NCBI RefSeq assembly: GCF_006345805.1
Contig: NC_043002.1
Coordinates: 24,180,001-24,244,000, forward strand
Source: Octopus sinensis
Taxonomy: Eukaryota
Reading direction: 5' to 3'
DNA: 64,000 bases
Part shown: in pieces, positions 1 to 63,567 of the stretch
How the letters are laid out: the number at the start of each line of letters is the position of its first letter
Position numbering within the stretch: the first letter of the stretch is position 1
The notes under the pieces: generated by a model
What the model was told of the DNA's origin: nothing
What the model saw: the letters and a program-made list of their open reading frames with translations, nothing else
Databases searched by the model: none
Translations under genes and position numbers: made by a program

Positions 1-710
1 AATTATATTGACCCCCAGTACTTGACTAGTACTTTATTTTATCAACCCTGAAAGGATGAAAGGCAAAGTTGGCCATGGTGGGATTTGAACTTAGAATGTA
101 AAGAGGTGTGAGAAACACAACCAGGCTCTGTCAATCCTCACCCTCATTACACTCGTATTAATAATAATGTTTTCTAACATGGGTACACATTGTTCAACTA
201 AGAGATGAAACCAAGTTGTGAACATAGCATGCATGCTGGGAGCTTATCACCATATTATAATGATTACATATTCAAGCAGGCATTTATAAATATGCACGTG
301 TAAACATGAATGAATATGACAGTAAGTGTGTATGTGAAGGTGTGCAGCCTGAGATATTATCTTGGTAATCAGTCATACACACACAACCAAGCTGAAGAGA
401 GCTAGAGCAAATGAAAGGGTCTCCACAGTTGTTTGACAATCTAGAAATAGCAGCGAAACTCCCTTAGATTACAACCTGCTATTTTGAAAAAGGAGGAACA
501 CGGTATAATGTATACCCAAGTTAATAACAAACACCATCTGAGAGATTGTGGATGGTCATGGTAGGAATGCTTTTGATCATAAACCTGCACAGTCAGAGCT
601 GATCTAAGGCTAAACAATATCAGTATCATCTTTCCTTAACAAAACAAGTAGTGTTTAATACAGCTAAAAAACTAAGCTGAGTCAAGTTCACAAACAACAC
701 AAGGACTTAC

Positions 711-34925
<34,215 letters not shown>

Positions 34926-35150
34926 AACAGCGCGTACAAATAGCAAAGAGAAACAAACCAGGAAACCCAACTAAATTTAAGTTAGCAAGACCCGACACAA
35001 GTTTTAAAGAATGGCGGTGAAAAGGAATTGAAAATTCCCGGTTACTCTCTTTAAATAGAGGTACGAAAAGACTACAGCCTTCTTCCGGGTCAATTATTTT
35101 TGTCACATTTAATTTAAATTAATGATTTAGGTTTGAGCGCTCAAGAAAAA
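34926..35150 (-). promoter_or_regulatory. Probable RanGAP1 5'UTR/core promoter
   Basis: Immediately upstream of the ATG and CpG-containing; ETS-like CCGGAAG (~35082-35088) and YY1-like CCGCCAT (~35011-35017) on the minus strand. TSS not determinable. Confidence 0.35.
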
Positions 35151-35564
35151 CATTTATGGAAATGTACACATAAATATTGTATTAAAATAATTTATCTTTA
35201 CATACCATGTTTGTAATTCTCTATATAATTGATAGCAAAGTGTCTATAAAATGAAATTTAATCTAGGTTTACTTACATATCGATCAAGTTAGCAAAGCTT
35301 TAACATTTTTGTGACAACATATTCCCTCCATACATTCTCATGAAAATTTTAAGGAGAGAGGTAAAATCTACTCTCTCTCTTTGGAAGAGAAATTAATTTT
35401 GGCAGTGATAGAAAGGCACCAGAAGCGGCCAAGTAAAACGAGATACATAGCCTGCAAAATTAAGGAAAAACGTAAAAAAGGGTATTATTTGATTCATTCA
35501 CCCGCACGATTTTCACAAAAAAAAAGGCGGATTTTTTGCGTTGAATCAAGTACCCTGACCTCCT

Positions 35565-35990
35565 AATATGCTGCAAACTCTATATTTTTGTTCGGAAAAA
35601 AGTGGAATGGGACCCCCCCCCCCTCCATTCCCGGAATCATTAGAATTTTTTTTTTTTCGTTGAATGTATTCCGGTGACGTAATATGCTACAAAACCCTTT
35701 TTTGGGGGCCGGAAAACGGGGTGGGGTGAGGTGGAACCCTTCACCCCCATTGATCTTGCATCTGCACGACTTTCACTTAGAAAATCACCCTGACCTCATA
35801 ATATGCTGCAAACCCCTTATTTTTGTTCGGAAAAAAGGGGTGCGTGGGAAACCAGACCCCCCACCCCTATCCCGGAATAATTGGAATTTTTTTTTTCGTT
35901 GACTGAATTCCGGTGACCTAATATGCTACAAAACCCTTTTTGGGGTCTGGAAAACGGGGTGAGGTGGAGTGGAACCCTGGGAAATTTCAC
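35565..35990. repeat. Degenerate tandem duplication, ~235-bp period
   Basis: TAATATGCTGCAAAC...TTTTTGTTCGGAAAAAAG...CCCGGAAT...TTCCGGTGAC.TAATATGCTACAAAACCCTTTTTGGGG occurs twice. Confidence 0.8.
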
Positions 35991-36109
35991 CCCACCCCCA
36001 TCTTCAAATATTTTTGGCTATTTCTTTCTTTATCCATAATTTTGCAGAAATACATTTTCGAGAGTGTGTAGATTACATTAGATTGAAAATTCAGAGGAGT
36101 TTGAAATGA

Positions 36110-36752
36110 CGTGACCTAGGCATCACTGTCAGCAGTGATTTGCGTTGGACAAAGCATATCTCTAAAATTGTCAAGAAGGCCGAGGGTGTCTTGGCATCAC
36201 TCAGCAAGACTTTTGTTAGCCGCTCTCCAGCCATCTATTTAAAACTGTATACAGCTATGGTACGACCACACTTGGAATTCGCATCATCAGTTTGGAATCC
36301 CTATCTTGCTCAGAACATTGACCTCCTGGAATCTGTCCAGAGACGTGCAACCAAACGCATACCCTCCATCAGACACCTACCATATTCTGAGCGCCTTGTT
36401 TCCCTGGGCATGGATTCACTGAAGCTCCGGCGTCTAGCGACGGACTTGGTAAAAACCCACAAGGTTATCAACCACCTCACCAACAACAACACTGAACACC
36501 TTTTTGATCTCCATGTATCTAACACACGTGGACATGCCTACAAAGTCAGAAAGCAACACAGCTCCCATGACTTTCGGAAACATTTTTTCACGCTCAGAGT
36601 TGCTGAAGCATGGAATAAACTGCCTGCGTCAGTTGTTGACTGCCATGACACTGCATCCTTTAAGGCCCTCATGCTTTCCGAAATCCGCCGAAACTACACC
36701 TGATTATATATACACTTTAGATGAGTTGTAGTGCACCTGAGCACTGTACACA

Positions 36753-36788
<36 letters not shown>

Positions 36789-36790
36789 AA
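36110..36790 (+). mobile_element. 5'-truncated CR1-clade LINE 3' end with (ATT)n tail
   Basis: Open frame RDLGI...VRPHLEFASSVWNP...LESVQRRATK...NTRGH...FFTLRV...WNKLP to the stop at 36703. Confidence 0.92.
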
Positions 36791-37374
36791 TAAGTGAAGA
36801 TGCAGAGGTTATATAAGTTAGTGGTAACGAAGTCTAGAGAGATAGACGATAAATTCATCTTTAAAAAGACACGTTAGAGTTTTTGCATGTATGTGTGAAA
36901 TGGAGTAAAAGTAAAATATTAATAAAATATCTTTTCCTACCTCTTAAAATCACTGGATATAATATATATAATAATCCCGAATAGATTTTCCTAGCTTGCT
37001 AGTCCTCAGTCAAACCGTCCAACCCTTGCCAGCATGTAAAGCAGACGTTAAACAGTTATGATGATGTATAATGATATATATAATTATGATGGATTTTTTT
37101 TTTTGTGAAAATCGTGCAGGTGAAAGGATCAAAATTTACCAAAAAAAAAAAAAGAAAGAAAGGGCACATCTTCACAAGTGTCCCTCTCCCTTTATTTCCT
37201 CTTAACGTCTATAAAATTGGATATCTTTTAATGAAATTGTTTTGGAGGGGGATGTGCAATACACATCTCATCGTTTTCCATTTTTCAGAAAGTTATGAAG
37301 AAACAAAATCGAAGGAAAATCTTAGGAGATCAACAATCTTGGTCGAAGTCCAATTTTGAAAGTATTCTATTTTT

Positions 37375-37762
37375 CTTTTATTCTTTTACTTGTTTCAGGC
37401 ATTTTGACTGCAGCCATGCTGGAGCACCACCTTAAAGGGTTTTTAGTCAAAGAAATGGACCCCAGGGCTTATTCTTTGTAAGACTAATATCGGTCTCTTT
37501 TACTGAATCCCTAAGTTACGGGGACGTAAATACACCAACATTGGTTGTCAAGTAATGGTGGGGGAACAATCACAGACACAAAGACACACAAATACATACG
37601 ATGGGCTTCTTTCAGTTTTCGTCTACCAAATCCACTCACAAGGGTTTTGGTCGGCCCAAGGCTATATAGTGGAAGATACTTGCCCAAAGTACCATACAGT
37701 GTGACTGAACCCAAAAATGGTGTCTTTGAGAAGCAAGCTTTTTACCACACAGCCATGCCTGC
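37375..37762 (-). mobile_element. Full-length SINE family A
   Basis: Reverse complement of the 39931-40317 structure. Confidence 0.85.
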
Positions 37763-39930
37763 AATGTTTTGGAATTTAGAAAGGTGTGTTTAAAATAACT
37801 TCTTTTGATACCAAACTTCAGTGTACATTTCTGTTGCACGCGCACTCTCTCTCTCTCTCACACACACACACTTTCACACAGAAGTTAGTTGTGGATAAAC
37901 TTAGTTCAATACAATTGTGACTGAGTAAAACTTCAGTATGAATTATTATTTGCCATTAGCGATCTACAAACGAAAGATCGCCGCTATTTTTATATAAACA
38001 AAACACGAAAATAATATGTGGTTTGGCATTAAAAAAAAAACCTTCATCAATCTTCTTTTGCTGTGTGCATGCATAAAATTACAACTCAACTCCAACTGAA
38101 ATCCTAATCCTCGATATAAACTTCAAATGAACATTTTTTCAGAAATCGTACAACATATATAACACCTGAAAACAATTTTTTTGCGGGTATTGTTTATGTT
38201 TTAAAAAAAAACAAAAAAAAACAGAAGAAAAATAGGGTCGTTAAATTAGTAGAAAAATATATTTTCCAGATATTTAGCTGTCGTTTCTAGCATATCGTGT
38301 TTTCTGGTGGTAGTATGATATTTTTTCGTCTGCTATTTCAGGAGAGATTTACGCATCTACGCATGTGTGAAACATCAGATGAAAGTAAAACATATGGAGT
38401 TCTTAGCTTTTTGAAAACAGGGAAGCGAGGCGGGGGTAATAGGGTATTTTCTAAACAAAATGAAAAAAAGAAATTGGTCACTAAAACAAAAATGAACAAG
38501 TCTTAATAGGTGTAAAAAAAGTGTGTAGGAAACGAATATGAAAACAAAAATTTGCGCAAACGAACGAGGACTTTCGGAAAATTCACATGATCCAATTTTT
38601 CCCTCATACTTTCAGGAAAATATATGCATAAATGAAATTTTATAGAAATACCTTTCAAATGGCATAGATTATGATTATAAAGAAATTTGTGGGGAAAATC
38701 TTTTCCCGGTGGGACGGGGAGAGGATTTTGGGAAACTTCACACAATCCGATTTTTTCCCTCATAACTTTCAAGAAAATGGGTATCTTTTAATGAAAGTTT
38801 ATACAAATGTTTTTCAAATGACATCGATCACAATTATAAAGAAATTGTGGGGAGCGGAATTTTTCAAAGGGGTGGGGAGAGGAGTTTCGGATCAAGAAGA
38901 CCACAGAAGTTAGAATTTCTCCGTTTTGATGTGGATTTTTCCAATTGTTTTTCACTATAGCCTTCAAAATGATGGGGAGCATCTTTTTATGAAAAAGCGT
39001 ATGGAAAATTTATGATTTTTTTTACTCTTCTCCCCACTTAATGATGATACCAATGGACCACACGTGTTCCATTGGTGAGATATAAACATCAACAAAAAAT
39101 TGATAATTTATATTTTTACCCCCACCTTAATTAAGTGAGGCCATGTGTAAGAAAACAACATTTTCTCACAGAAAAGTATGCTATATAAAATTAATTATCT
39201 TTTATATACCTATTTTTTAGAAGTCTCTGTGGATAAATGCCAGAAATGAACTCAGGCTCTCCAATATTTTAAATTATAAATTGAAACAATTTATAATTGA
39301 AAAAAATCATAAATTTTTCAAATTTATTTTTCATAGTATAAATGTGTTTATGGGGAGAAAATATTGATAAACATCAATACATGCAAGAGTGAGAAAGAAA
39401 CAAGGAGGGTTGTCTTGGGATGTGCTAGAAATGACAGCCAAATCTCCCTTAAATCACACATTTTCCTCTGAAAATATCTGTGAAGATATTGTTGAAACTT
39501 CTTCACAACTTGTGGAATATTTTGAGTTAGAATTTGTATGAATAGTATCTGAAGTATGATTGGTGTCCTGCAAGCTGTTATGGATGTCATTTAGCATAAC
39601 TCAGCAATCATAACGTAAAGAAGTTTATTGTGCTATAGTAAATAGAATAAGGTACTTATATTAACTTTCTTTTTCCTTGTCACACTTAATCCTTTGCAAT
39701 AGAAATAGAGTGCCATGGAATTTGGTGAGGATATGAAAGGGTGGGTGGGGGTACTGCAGTGCATTGTATACATAATTAAGGGTACCATAAAACAAAACTT
39801 GAGAACCTGTTTTGTACAGTATTAGTGAATGCATATCCTTTAGGTTTTGACCAACACAATTTTGAAATGTGCAAGTGAAGATTGCTAAGTCAGTGATTCT
39901 ATTTGAATAGAAACATTTACAGGTAGATAG

Positions 39931-40317
39931 GCATAGGAATGGCTGTGTGGTAAGTAGCTTGCTTACCAACCACATGGTTCCGGGTTCAGTCCCACTGCAT
40001 GACACCTTGGGCAAATGTCTTCTACTATAGCCTCAGGCCGACAAAAGCCTTGTGAGTGAATTTGGTAGACAGAAACTGAAAGAAGCCCATCGTACATATA
40101 TGTGTGTGTGTGTTTGTGTGTCTATGTTTGTCCCCCCAACATCGCTTGACAACCGATGCTGGTATGTTTACGTCCCCGTAACTTAGCAGTTCGGCAAAAG
40201 AGACCGATAGAATAAGTACTAAGCTTACGAAGAATAAGTCCTGGGGTCAATTTGCTCGACTAAAGGCGGTGCTCCAGCATGGCCACAGTCAAATGACTGA
40301 AACAAGTAAAAGCGAGT
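39931..40317 (+). mobile_element. Full-length tRNA-derived SINE (family A) with internal (TG)n
   Basis: tRNA-like head TGGCTGTGTGGTAAG...GGTTCAGTCCC; body CCTTGTGAGTGAATTTGGTAGACAGAAACTGAAAGAAGCCC; 3' part ...GCTCCAGCATGGCCACAGTC...TGACTGAAACAAGTAAAAG. Confidence 0.88.
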
Positions 40318-40673
40318 AACAGATCTGTTTGTTTATCTAAATAATGTTACTTTCGGAACATTGCTGTATAGTTTATTAGGTCCTATTTCATTTTCAATCT
40401 ATACAACTGGATTATATTTTGTAAACAACTTTAAATGGGAAACAAGGCTCACAAGGCTTTGGTCAGCCTGAGGCTATTGTAGAAGACACTTGCCCATGGT
40501 GCCACACGGTGGGATTGAACCCAGGACCATATGGTTGGTAAGCAAACTACTTACCACACAGGCACTCCTACACCTATGATACCATTGCAACAAATCTAGT
40601 AATCTACCCGATACACCATGTGTTAATTCGTCTTTAAATCAAATTTACAAGTGAAACTCGATCAAATGCTTAA

Positions 40674-40893
40674 CCCTTTAGCATTCAGATTACTTAGTTA
40701 TATGTAACGCTTATTTATTCACATTGTTTTCAATTAATTATGCATTATCTTGTAGCTTTTGAGATTTGAATGTTGTGTTTATATATTTCTAGGATGACAT
40801 TGTTGGATAGATGTGAGAGACTGGATTAGCCAGTTTCAACCTAAGAAAGGTAGAAAAATTTGGATTGATATGGCTGGTTTCAATACTAAAGGG
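40674..40893. mobile_element. piggyBac-type MITE, same family
   Basis: TTAA|CCCTTTAGCATTCAGATTAC...CTAAAGGG|TTAA; partial or inverted copies at ~2591-2690, ~18985-19188 and ~27458-27678. Confidence 0.88.
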
Positions 40894-41207
40894 TTAAGCA
40901 ATGTCTACATACTGCACCACGTTAACTTATTAATCTGAAAGTGCCACACATTTATTTTGAAAATGTTAGATGGAGTTCTGAAATTTTGCGATTAAGCTTA
41001 AGAAAAACTGAGGTATTCTATCAAAACCTGACAATATCTTTTATTCAGTTATAAAGGTAATTAACAAATTATATTAGATGTGTAATTATCTTATGCAGAT
41101 GGAAGTTTGATTTCACTGTACTGTCATGCGTGTGATTTTAGCAAATCAAAAATAAGTAGTATGTGAACAATTTTTTTCTTCTAAATAATGGAAATTGTGG
41201 TTGCAAT

Positions 41208-41627
41208 ACCTGTGCCAGTGGCATGTAAAATACACCATCCGTACGTGGCCGATGCCAGCGCCGCCTTGACTGGCTTCCATGCCGGTGGCACATAAAAAGC
41301 ACCAACCATTCGTGGCTGTTGCCAGCCTACCCTGGCACCTAAAAAGCACCATTCGTACGTGACTGATGCCAGTGCTATCTTGACTGGCTTCCGTGCCAGT
41401 GGCATGTAAAAAGCACCAACCGATCGTGGACATTGCCAGCCTCCTCTGGCACATAAAAAGCACCCACTACACTCATGGAGTGGTTGGCGTTAGGAAGGGC
41501 ATCCAGCTGTAGAAACACTACCAGATCAGACTGGAGCCTGGTGCAGCCTCCTGGCTTCCCAGAGCCCGGTCGAACCGTCCAACCCATGCTAGCATGGAAA
41601 ACGGACGTTAAACGATGATGATGATGA
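41208..41627 (+). mobile_element. RTE 3'UTR copy with 5 hairpin units
   Basis: Five TGGCAC..AAAAAGCACC-type units followed by the conserved tail and (GAT)n. Confidence 0.88.
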
Positions 41628-42020
41628 ATTAGAATACACAACCAGTTTAACTTCACTTTTGCAATGAATGTTATTTTAATGAATTAAAAATTTTAGCCAA
41701 TCAGAAGGTAATCTATGAGCCATTTTTTTGTTACTATTTAAACAAAGTGGTATCTCAATCTCAGTAGTCACCATTAACTATGGTAGGCTGTTTTGTTTGG
41801 TAATCCCTCCTTATCACCAAGGATACATAACTAGGATTGAATCCCCAGTGATGGGACCTCTTGAAGACCATAAGATACTTCAGTCCACAGCAATTATTGA
41901 TACTCTACAAAGCATGTATATAAAAGCAATGTTTGCATTCAATATATATCATCAGCATCATTATCATTATCAACACCACTCATCATCTGCATCATCATTA
42001 CTGCTAGGCGTGCTAGGGAG

Positions 42021-42512
42021 GGCACTTCTTGGAAAACTGCAAGGAAGTTGAAGAGTAAGGGGAAGAAGGACATCCTGGAAAAGTCTGAGGAGGGGGCACT
42101 ACCTGGAAAAGCCTGAGGGGGTACTTCCTGGAAAAGTCTGAGGAGGGGAAGGAAGGACTTCCTGGAAAGGTCCAGGGAGGGGAAGAACTTCTTGGAAAAT
42201 TCTGAGGAGGTGGAGGAAGGACTTCCGAGAACAGTCCGAGCAGGTGGAGGAAGGACTTCCACAAAAAGGCCGAAGAGGGGAAAGGACTTCCTGGAAAAGC
42301 CAGAAGTGGGGAGGAGGTATTTCCTTTAAAAGTCTAAGGAGGGGGAGGAAGGACTTCCTGGAAAAGTCTGAGGAGGGGAGGAAGGACTTCCTGGAAAAGT
42401 TCAAAGAAGAGAGACTTCTTGGAAATGTCCAAGGAGCTGAAGGATTTCCCAGAAAAGCCTGCGGAGAAGGAATTCCTGGAAAAGTCCGAGGCAGGGGACA
42501 CTTCCTGGAAAA
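42021..42512. repeat. Purine-rich minisatellite, ~16 degenerate units of ~25-45 bp with core ACTTCCTGGAAAAG
   Basis: Direct reading of the units. Confidence 0.9.
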
Positions 42513-42950
42513 GTGCCACTTGACTGATTGCATAAAGTTGCTCGCAGACATGCTTTAGCCTTTGGCCACAAGTGTACAGTTTTCTCTCTTAGTGTTTTTA
42601 CTCTCATTACTATAATGGCCTATGATTCTTGTAGCTGACCAGACTCAAGCACTTCCATTTAGGCACCCCCATCACACTTATCTCACACTTTGTGTCCAAT
42701 CCCAACATTAATTGCAACTACATCAGCTTTCCTTTCCAGAATATTGGTTCTCTGGAATTACAAAAATTCAAGACAAACATTAGTGGAATCATTCTCACCA
42801 GTCTAGGTAGGGTTGCAAAATCATGAGCACTACCCATCCCACCAACCCAGTAAATAATAAGCAACCTAGCTGTTGGCTTTGGTCTAGCTAACAACTAGGT
42901 TGAAAGAATTAGTATTAATGTCTTTGCTACTGTTCCATATAAAAGCAGAT

Positions 42951-43140
42951 TATCATCATCATCATCGTTTAACATCCGCTTTCCATGCTAGCATGGGTTG
43001 GCCGGTTCAACTGGGGTCTGGGAAGCCTGAAGGCTGCACCAGGCCCAGTCTGATCTGGCAATGTTTCTACAGCTGGATGCCCTTCCTAACGCCAACCACT
43101 CCGTGAGTGTAGTGGGTGCTTTTTACGTGCCACCGGCACA
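42951..43140 (-). mobile_element. Young RTE 3'UTR copy
   Basis: Nearly the reverse complement of 20640-20820. Confidence 0.88.
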
Positions 43141-46100
43141 GAGATTAATATATATATATATATATATATAGATTAATATATATAAACCTTTCCTTTATCT
43201 AAAATAGCAAGGATTATCGTTAGGAATTTATTTTTATAACTTTGATTTAACATATTTCCAGATTTTGTTTTATCTAATTATGGTTAAAAGCATCTTGCTC
43301 ATCTCCTTTAAACAATGTGAGCAAAGTGGAATGGCATTGTCACTGTAACACAAGTGATCTGCTTTGAGCCAATGAGGTAGTCTCTGTGTGGTCTCCTGAC
43401 CTGCAAAAATGGTAGTCAATCTGTCCTACTGTTTTCATAAATGAAAGAAACTTTGGATAAATATAGTCCTAAGACTAAGTAACAAATGGCTAGTCATGAG
43501 TTGGAGAATTTTTTTTACCATAAGTCTGTTGAATCAGAGCTGATTTGGATGATGTTGATGATGATGAAGAAGAAAAAACTGGCTACAACAGAAATAGACA
43601 TAGGGAAAATAACAATACTGAAACATTTATTTTAAAGAAGCAGAGAAAAAAATAAAACAGCAGCAGAATTTTGATAAACTTTATTTGAATTTATACTGCT
43701 AAAGAGTTTGTTCTTTTTAACTTTTGTATTCTTGTTGCAATGAGTAAACAGTTTTCCTGTTCAGTGAAGAACAACTCTTCAACTCAATTTAAGGGAAAAG
43801 GTTATTTTCTTGTTTGGAATTATATATATAGACAAAGATATATCAGTCAATTGCTGGATGGGCACTTGTTGAGCAGTGTTAGATGAAGTAGTAGCCAAAG
43901 CACCTACCTGACTGCAGTGAATGCAAGCATATTAGATGAGGAGGAAGCATCTTTGTCAAGTCACTGAATCTGTCAAGACAACACAGTCACACCTTCCCTC
44001 ACATACAAAAATATTAAAAACAACCCACTCCCAACAGTCTCTACTCATGCTGAGACCAAATTTTACAAATCTTTTATTCACAGGACAAGATCCAATGATG
44101 AGAGAAAAAGAGAGAGCTTATATGACTTCAGTTAACTTGTTGATATAAAAAAAACAACCATTCCTTAATTAGGTATCTACATTCTCTTAAGTATCAAAAC
44201 ATCCACCACTTCCCAATGCTTGTATCTCAAAGGATATAATTTCTGAGGGAGGGAGGGAGAGCTTTTATTTATAGACCAACCAAATTTTCTCTCACACAAT
44301 TCAAATCATCACTGTGTACAATACTAACACAACATATTCACACCCAACAAGGGAGCTTCTATGTAAATAAACCAACCTTTGAAAAATTGATCACCATGTT
44401 CCACAGGAATTCATAAAGACTAATATTTACTTAAAGACTGATCTGCAGCATTAAGCATGTGAGAGAAGATATATATCTCTCCAGCACTGATGTAGGCTAA
44501 CAGTTTATCACAGGTAGCATGCTCAGAAAACCTAATACTTGTTTCATGAGGCATGTATGAAGTTAAATATTTGTTCCAGCAATTCAGAGTAAAATCTGCA
44601 GAAAATTTTAACTCATGACTTGAGCTAGTTGATAGTCCATCCAACAGTAAAGTAAATGGTTTTGACAAGGAGGATTCAGTTGTTTGATCAACTGAATTAG
44701 TATCTAAGAGGTTGAACATTCCACAGACACATGTCTTTTAAGTTTCAGGCAAAATCAGCTTAACAAAATGCTCTACCTTCATATTAACCAGTAAACTATG
44801 TTGCTAAATTTCTTATTAAGCACACTCTTAATGTTTTCTCAATGCTGGGATTATGTATCATATGGGAACCTACCTATTAATAAAAGTGAGGGAGTGATGT
44901 AGTGGAAAAGCTAATTGATGCCTGAGATTTTTATCAATATTTAACATGTATTTAAAAATATAAGCCAATGTATCATTGAAAGGACACTGGTCTGTTTCCA
45001 CTATATAATTAAACTTTAGCACACTGTAGATGCAACACGTCGCCATATGAGTTTTCTTCCCTCTCGATGAAACATAATGCACCTGCAGCTACAGGGGAGA
45101 AAATTCATATGGTGCCATGATGTGTCCAAGCATGTTAAAGGTTAATGAAAAGATAGTTATATTAGTATTTTGTGTTCAATTCCTGTTCAAGTGTCAATTG
45201 TATTTTATTTTAAATTGCTGCAGTTTTCATAAAATTTCATTATAAATTCCACTGTGATTTTGTGGTTAAAGTTTTCACAGTATTAGTTGGGTTAACATGA
45301 AGTGTTCAAATGGCTTTATTTCAGCCATCAGTTAATTTGGTCACAGCTGAGTGGGGCTATACAACAAGAGCACAGGCAGAAAATTATAATCTGTGTAATG
45401 GATGCATAAGCCACATTACACATGCACATATGAAAATATGAATAGATATATCCACAATTACAATCACATTTACACACACACACATGCATTGTAAAAAAAA
45501 AATAATACCTCTATGAGCCAGAGGTCAATAAAACTGATGTGAAATAAAACTTCTGGATAGGAATCTGTTTTACCAGAGGTAGAATTCTCAGAAGAATTGG
45601 TCTCTAACTTTCTCAACCTACCCACAATAATATGAACTGAAGTGTGTCAAATTAAGTGATATATCAAGAGACACAATAAAATGTTTATATGGGATATGAA
45701 CTTATAACTCAGGAACTGGTAGTGGTCCAATGTATAAACTAATCAATCAATCATTTTACACACATGCACACAGACACACAAGTACATATACACACAAAGA
45801 ACTATGCAACTGTCTAAATAAAACAACCATTGTATTAATGGATGGGAAACATACTTCTGTATCATATATTATATACAGCTGTCCACATTTCAAAAATGAA
45901 CAAAACAAAAAGACACCACTGTGAGGAAAAACTGATTGAATGTCACACACAAACACACACTTAAGTATGTATGTGTGTGTGTGTGTGTCATCAGTCCAAA
46001 TATTTCTTCACAAAGAATAGGAACTTCCAATTCTTGCAATAACACTCTACAAATAACGTGTATTGAATTCTCTCTCGCACACTTTTGCTTTCTCTCTCTT

Positions 46101-46399
46101 GAGTACAACCTACTTACTGTTCCCTATGTGTATATATTTAAACAAACATAAACATACATATATAGACTTGCACATACACATATATCTGGGAATAAAATCC
46201 TGCATACATATGAAATATACACATCTATGTAGGCAAAAAAATTCAATAGTTGTGTTCACAACAAAAGGACAGTTTGTGTATGACCAGATGTGTGTGTATA
46301 CACACACACACATAAGTACACTTGACAAGGAAAAGACAACTAAACCCCAATATTGTACCAGCATTAAAAAATAACAGTTTATACATCATATCATCATAT

Positions 46400-46450
<51 letters not shown>

Positions 46451-47193
46451 TCAATACATGAAATTTATGAACAAACTTTCTTGTTTTGTTTTATACACAC
46501 ACACATACACTGTTCTGTTAAAAAAAAACAAAAAACAAATGACCTGTTCATCTGTCTTATGTTACACTTACATCTGACCAGCATAAGATTAGGCCATATC
46601 TGTTTAGGTGAAAAAACAAAAAAAAACACCAGCTTTCATAGTAGTGTAGGAAGAAAGTGTTCTGTGTGTGCGTCATTTAAAGTTGCAACTGATATATATA
46701 TATATATATAGTCGGCATTCAACCATAATTTTCAGCACATTTCTTTTTGATTTTACTTGGTTATTACTAATATTACAGAATGGTGGTGGTGATGTCAGAA
46801 ATAGTAGACAGATGCTCTCCCCCACCCCTCACCAACGGTTTATGGTATCCATTTCGATGCCTCACTGTTCTGAATCCAATCCCCATCAGAGTTGGCTTTG
46901 TATGTCATCAACCAATTAAATACCACCAAATTCACTGAGGGGATAAATTCAATTGACTGTATTTTCTACAGTATAAAATTGGCTTTGTACCAAATCAGAT
47001 GTCTTTTGTTTTTAAATTAATATATTATTGTTATTATATCATTGTAATAATAATAATAATAATAATAATAATTACTATTATTATTTCTGGAGTATTTTGT
47101 TTGTATTATTTAAATTTTTTGTTATGTACTATTGTTTTAAATATATTTTTTTTTTGTTCTTTAATTTGTCTTTTGTAACAGATCAGGAGATCT

Positions 47194-63567
<16,374 letters not shown>

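Noticed and set aside
39931-40010. tRNA-like sequences with A/B boxes (also 5740-5811 and 51553-51630)
   Set aside because: These are SINE heads without a complete cloverleaf and continue into SINE bodies; they are not tRNA genes.
41208-41470. CRISPR-like look: palindromic ~25-bp repeats separated by 30-40 bp spacers (also at 15350-15640 and 20513-20670)
   Set aside because: The spacers are homologous to each other, the arrays are part of an RTE 3'UTR, the context is eukaryotic and there are no cas genes.
41939-42607. Several overlapping ORFs with FQEV/LEKS repeats
   Set aside because: They result from a stop-poor minisatellite open in many frames on both strands, with no supporting splice or homology signal.
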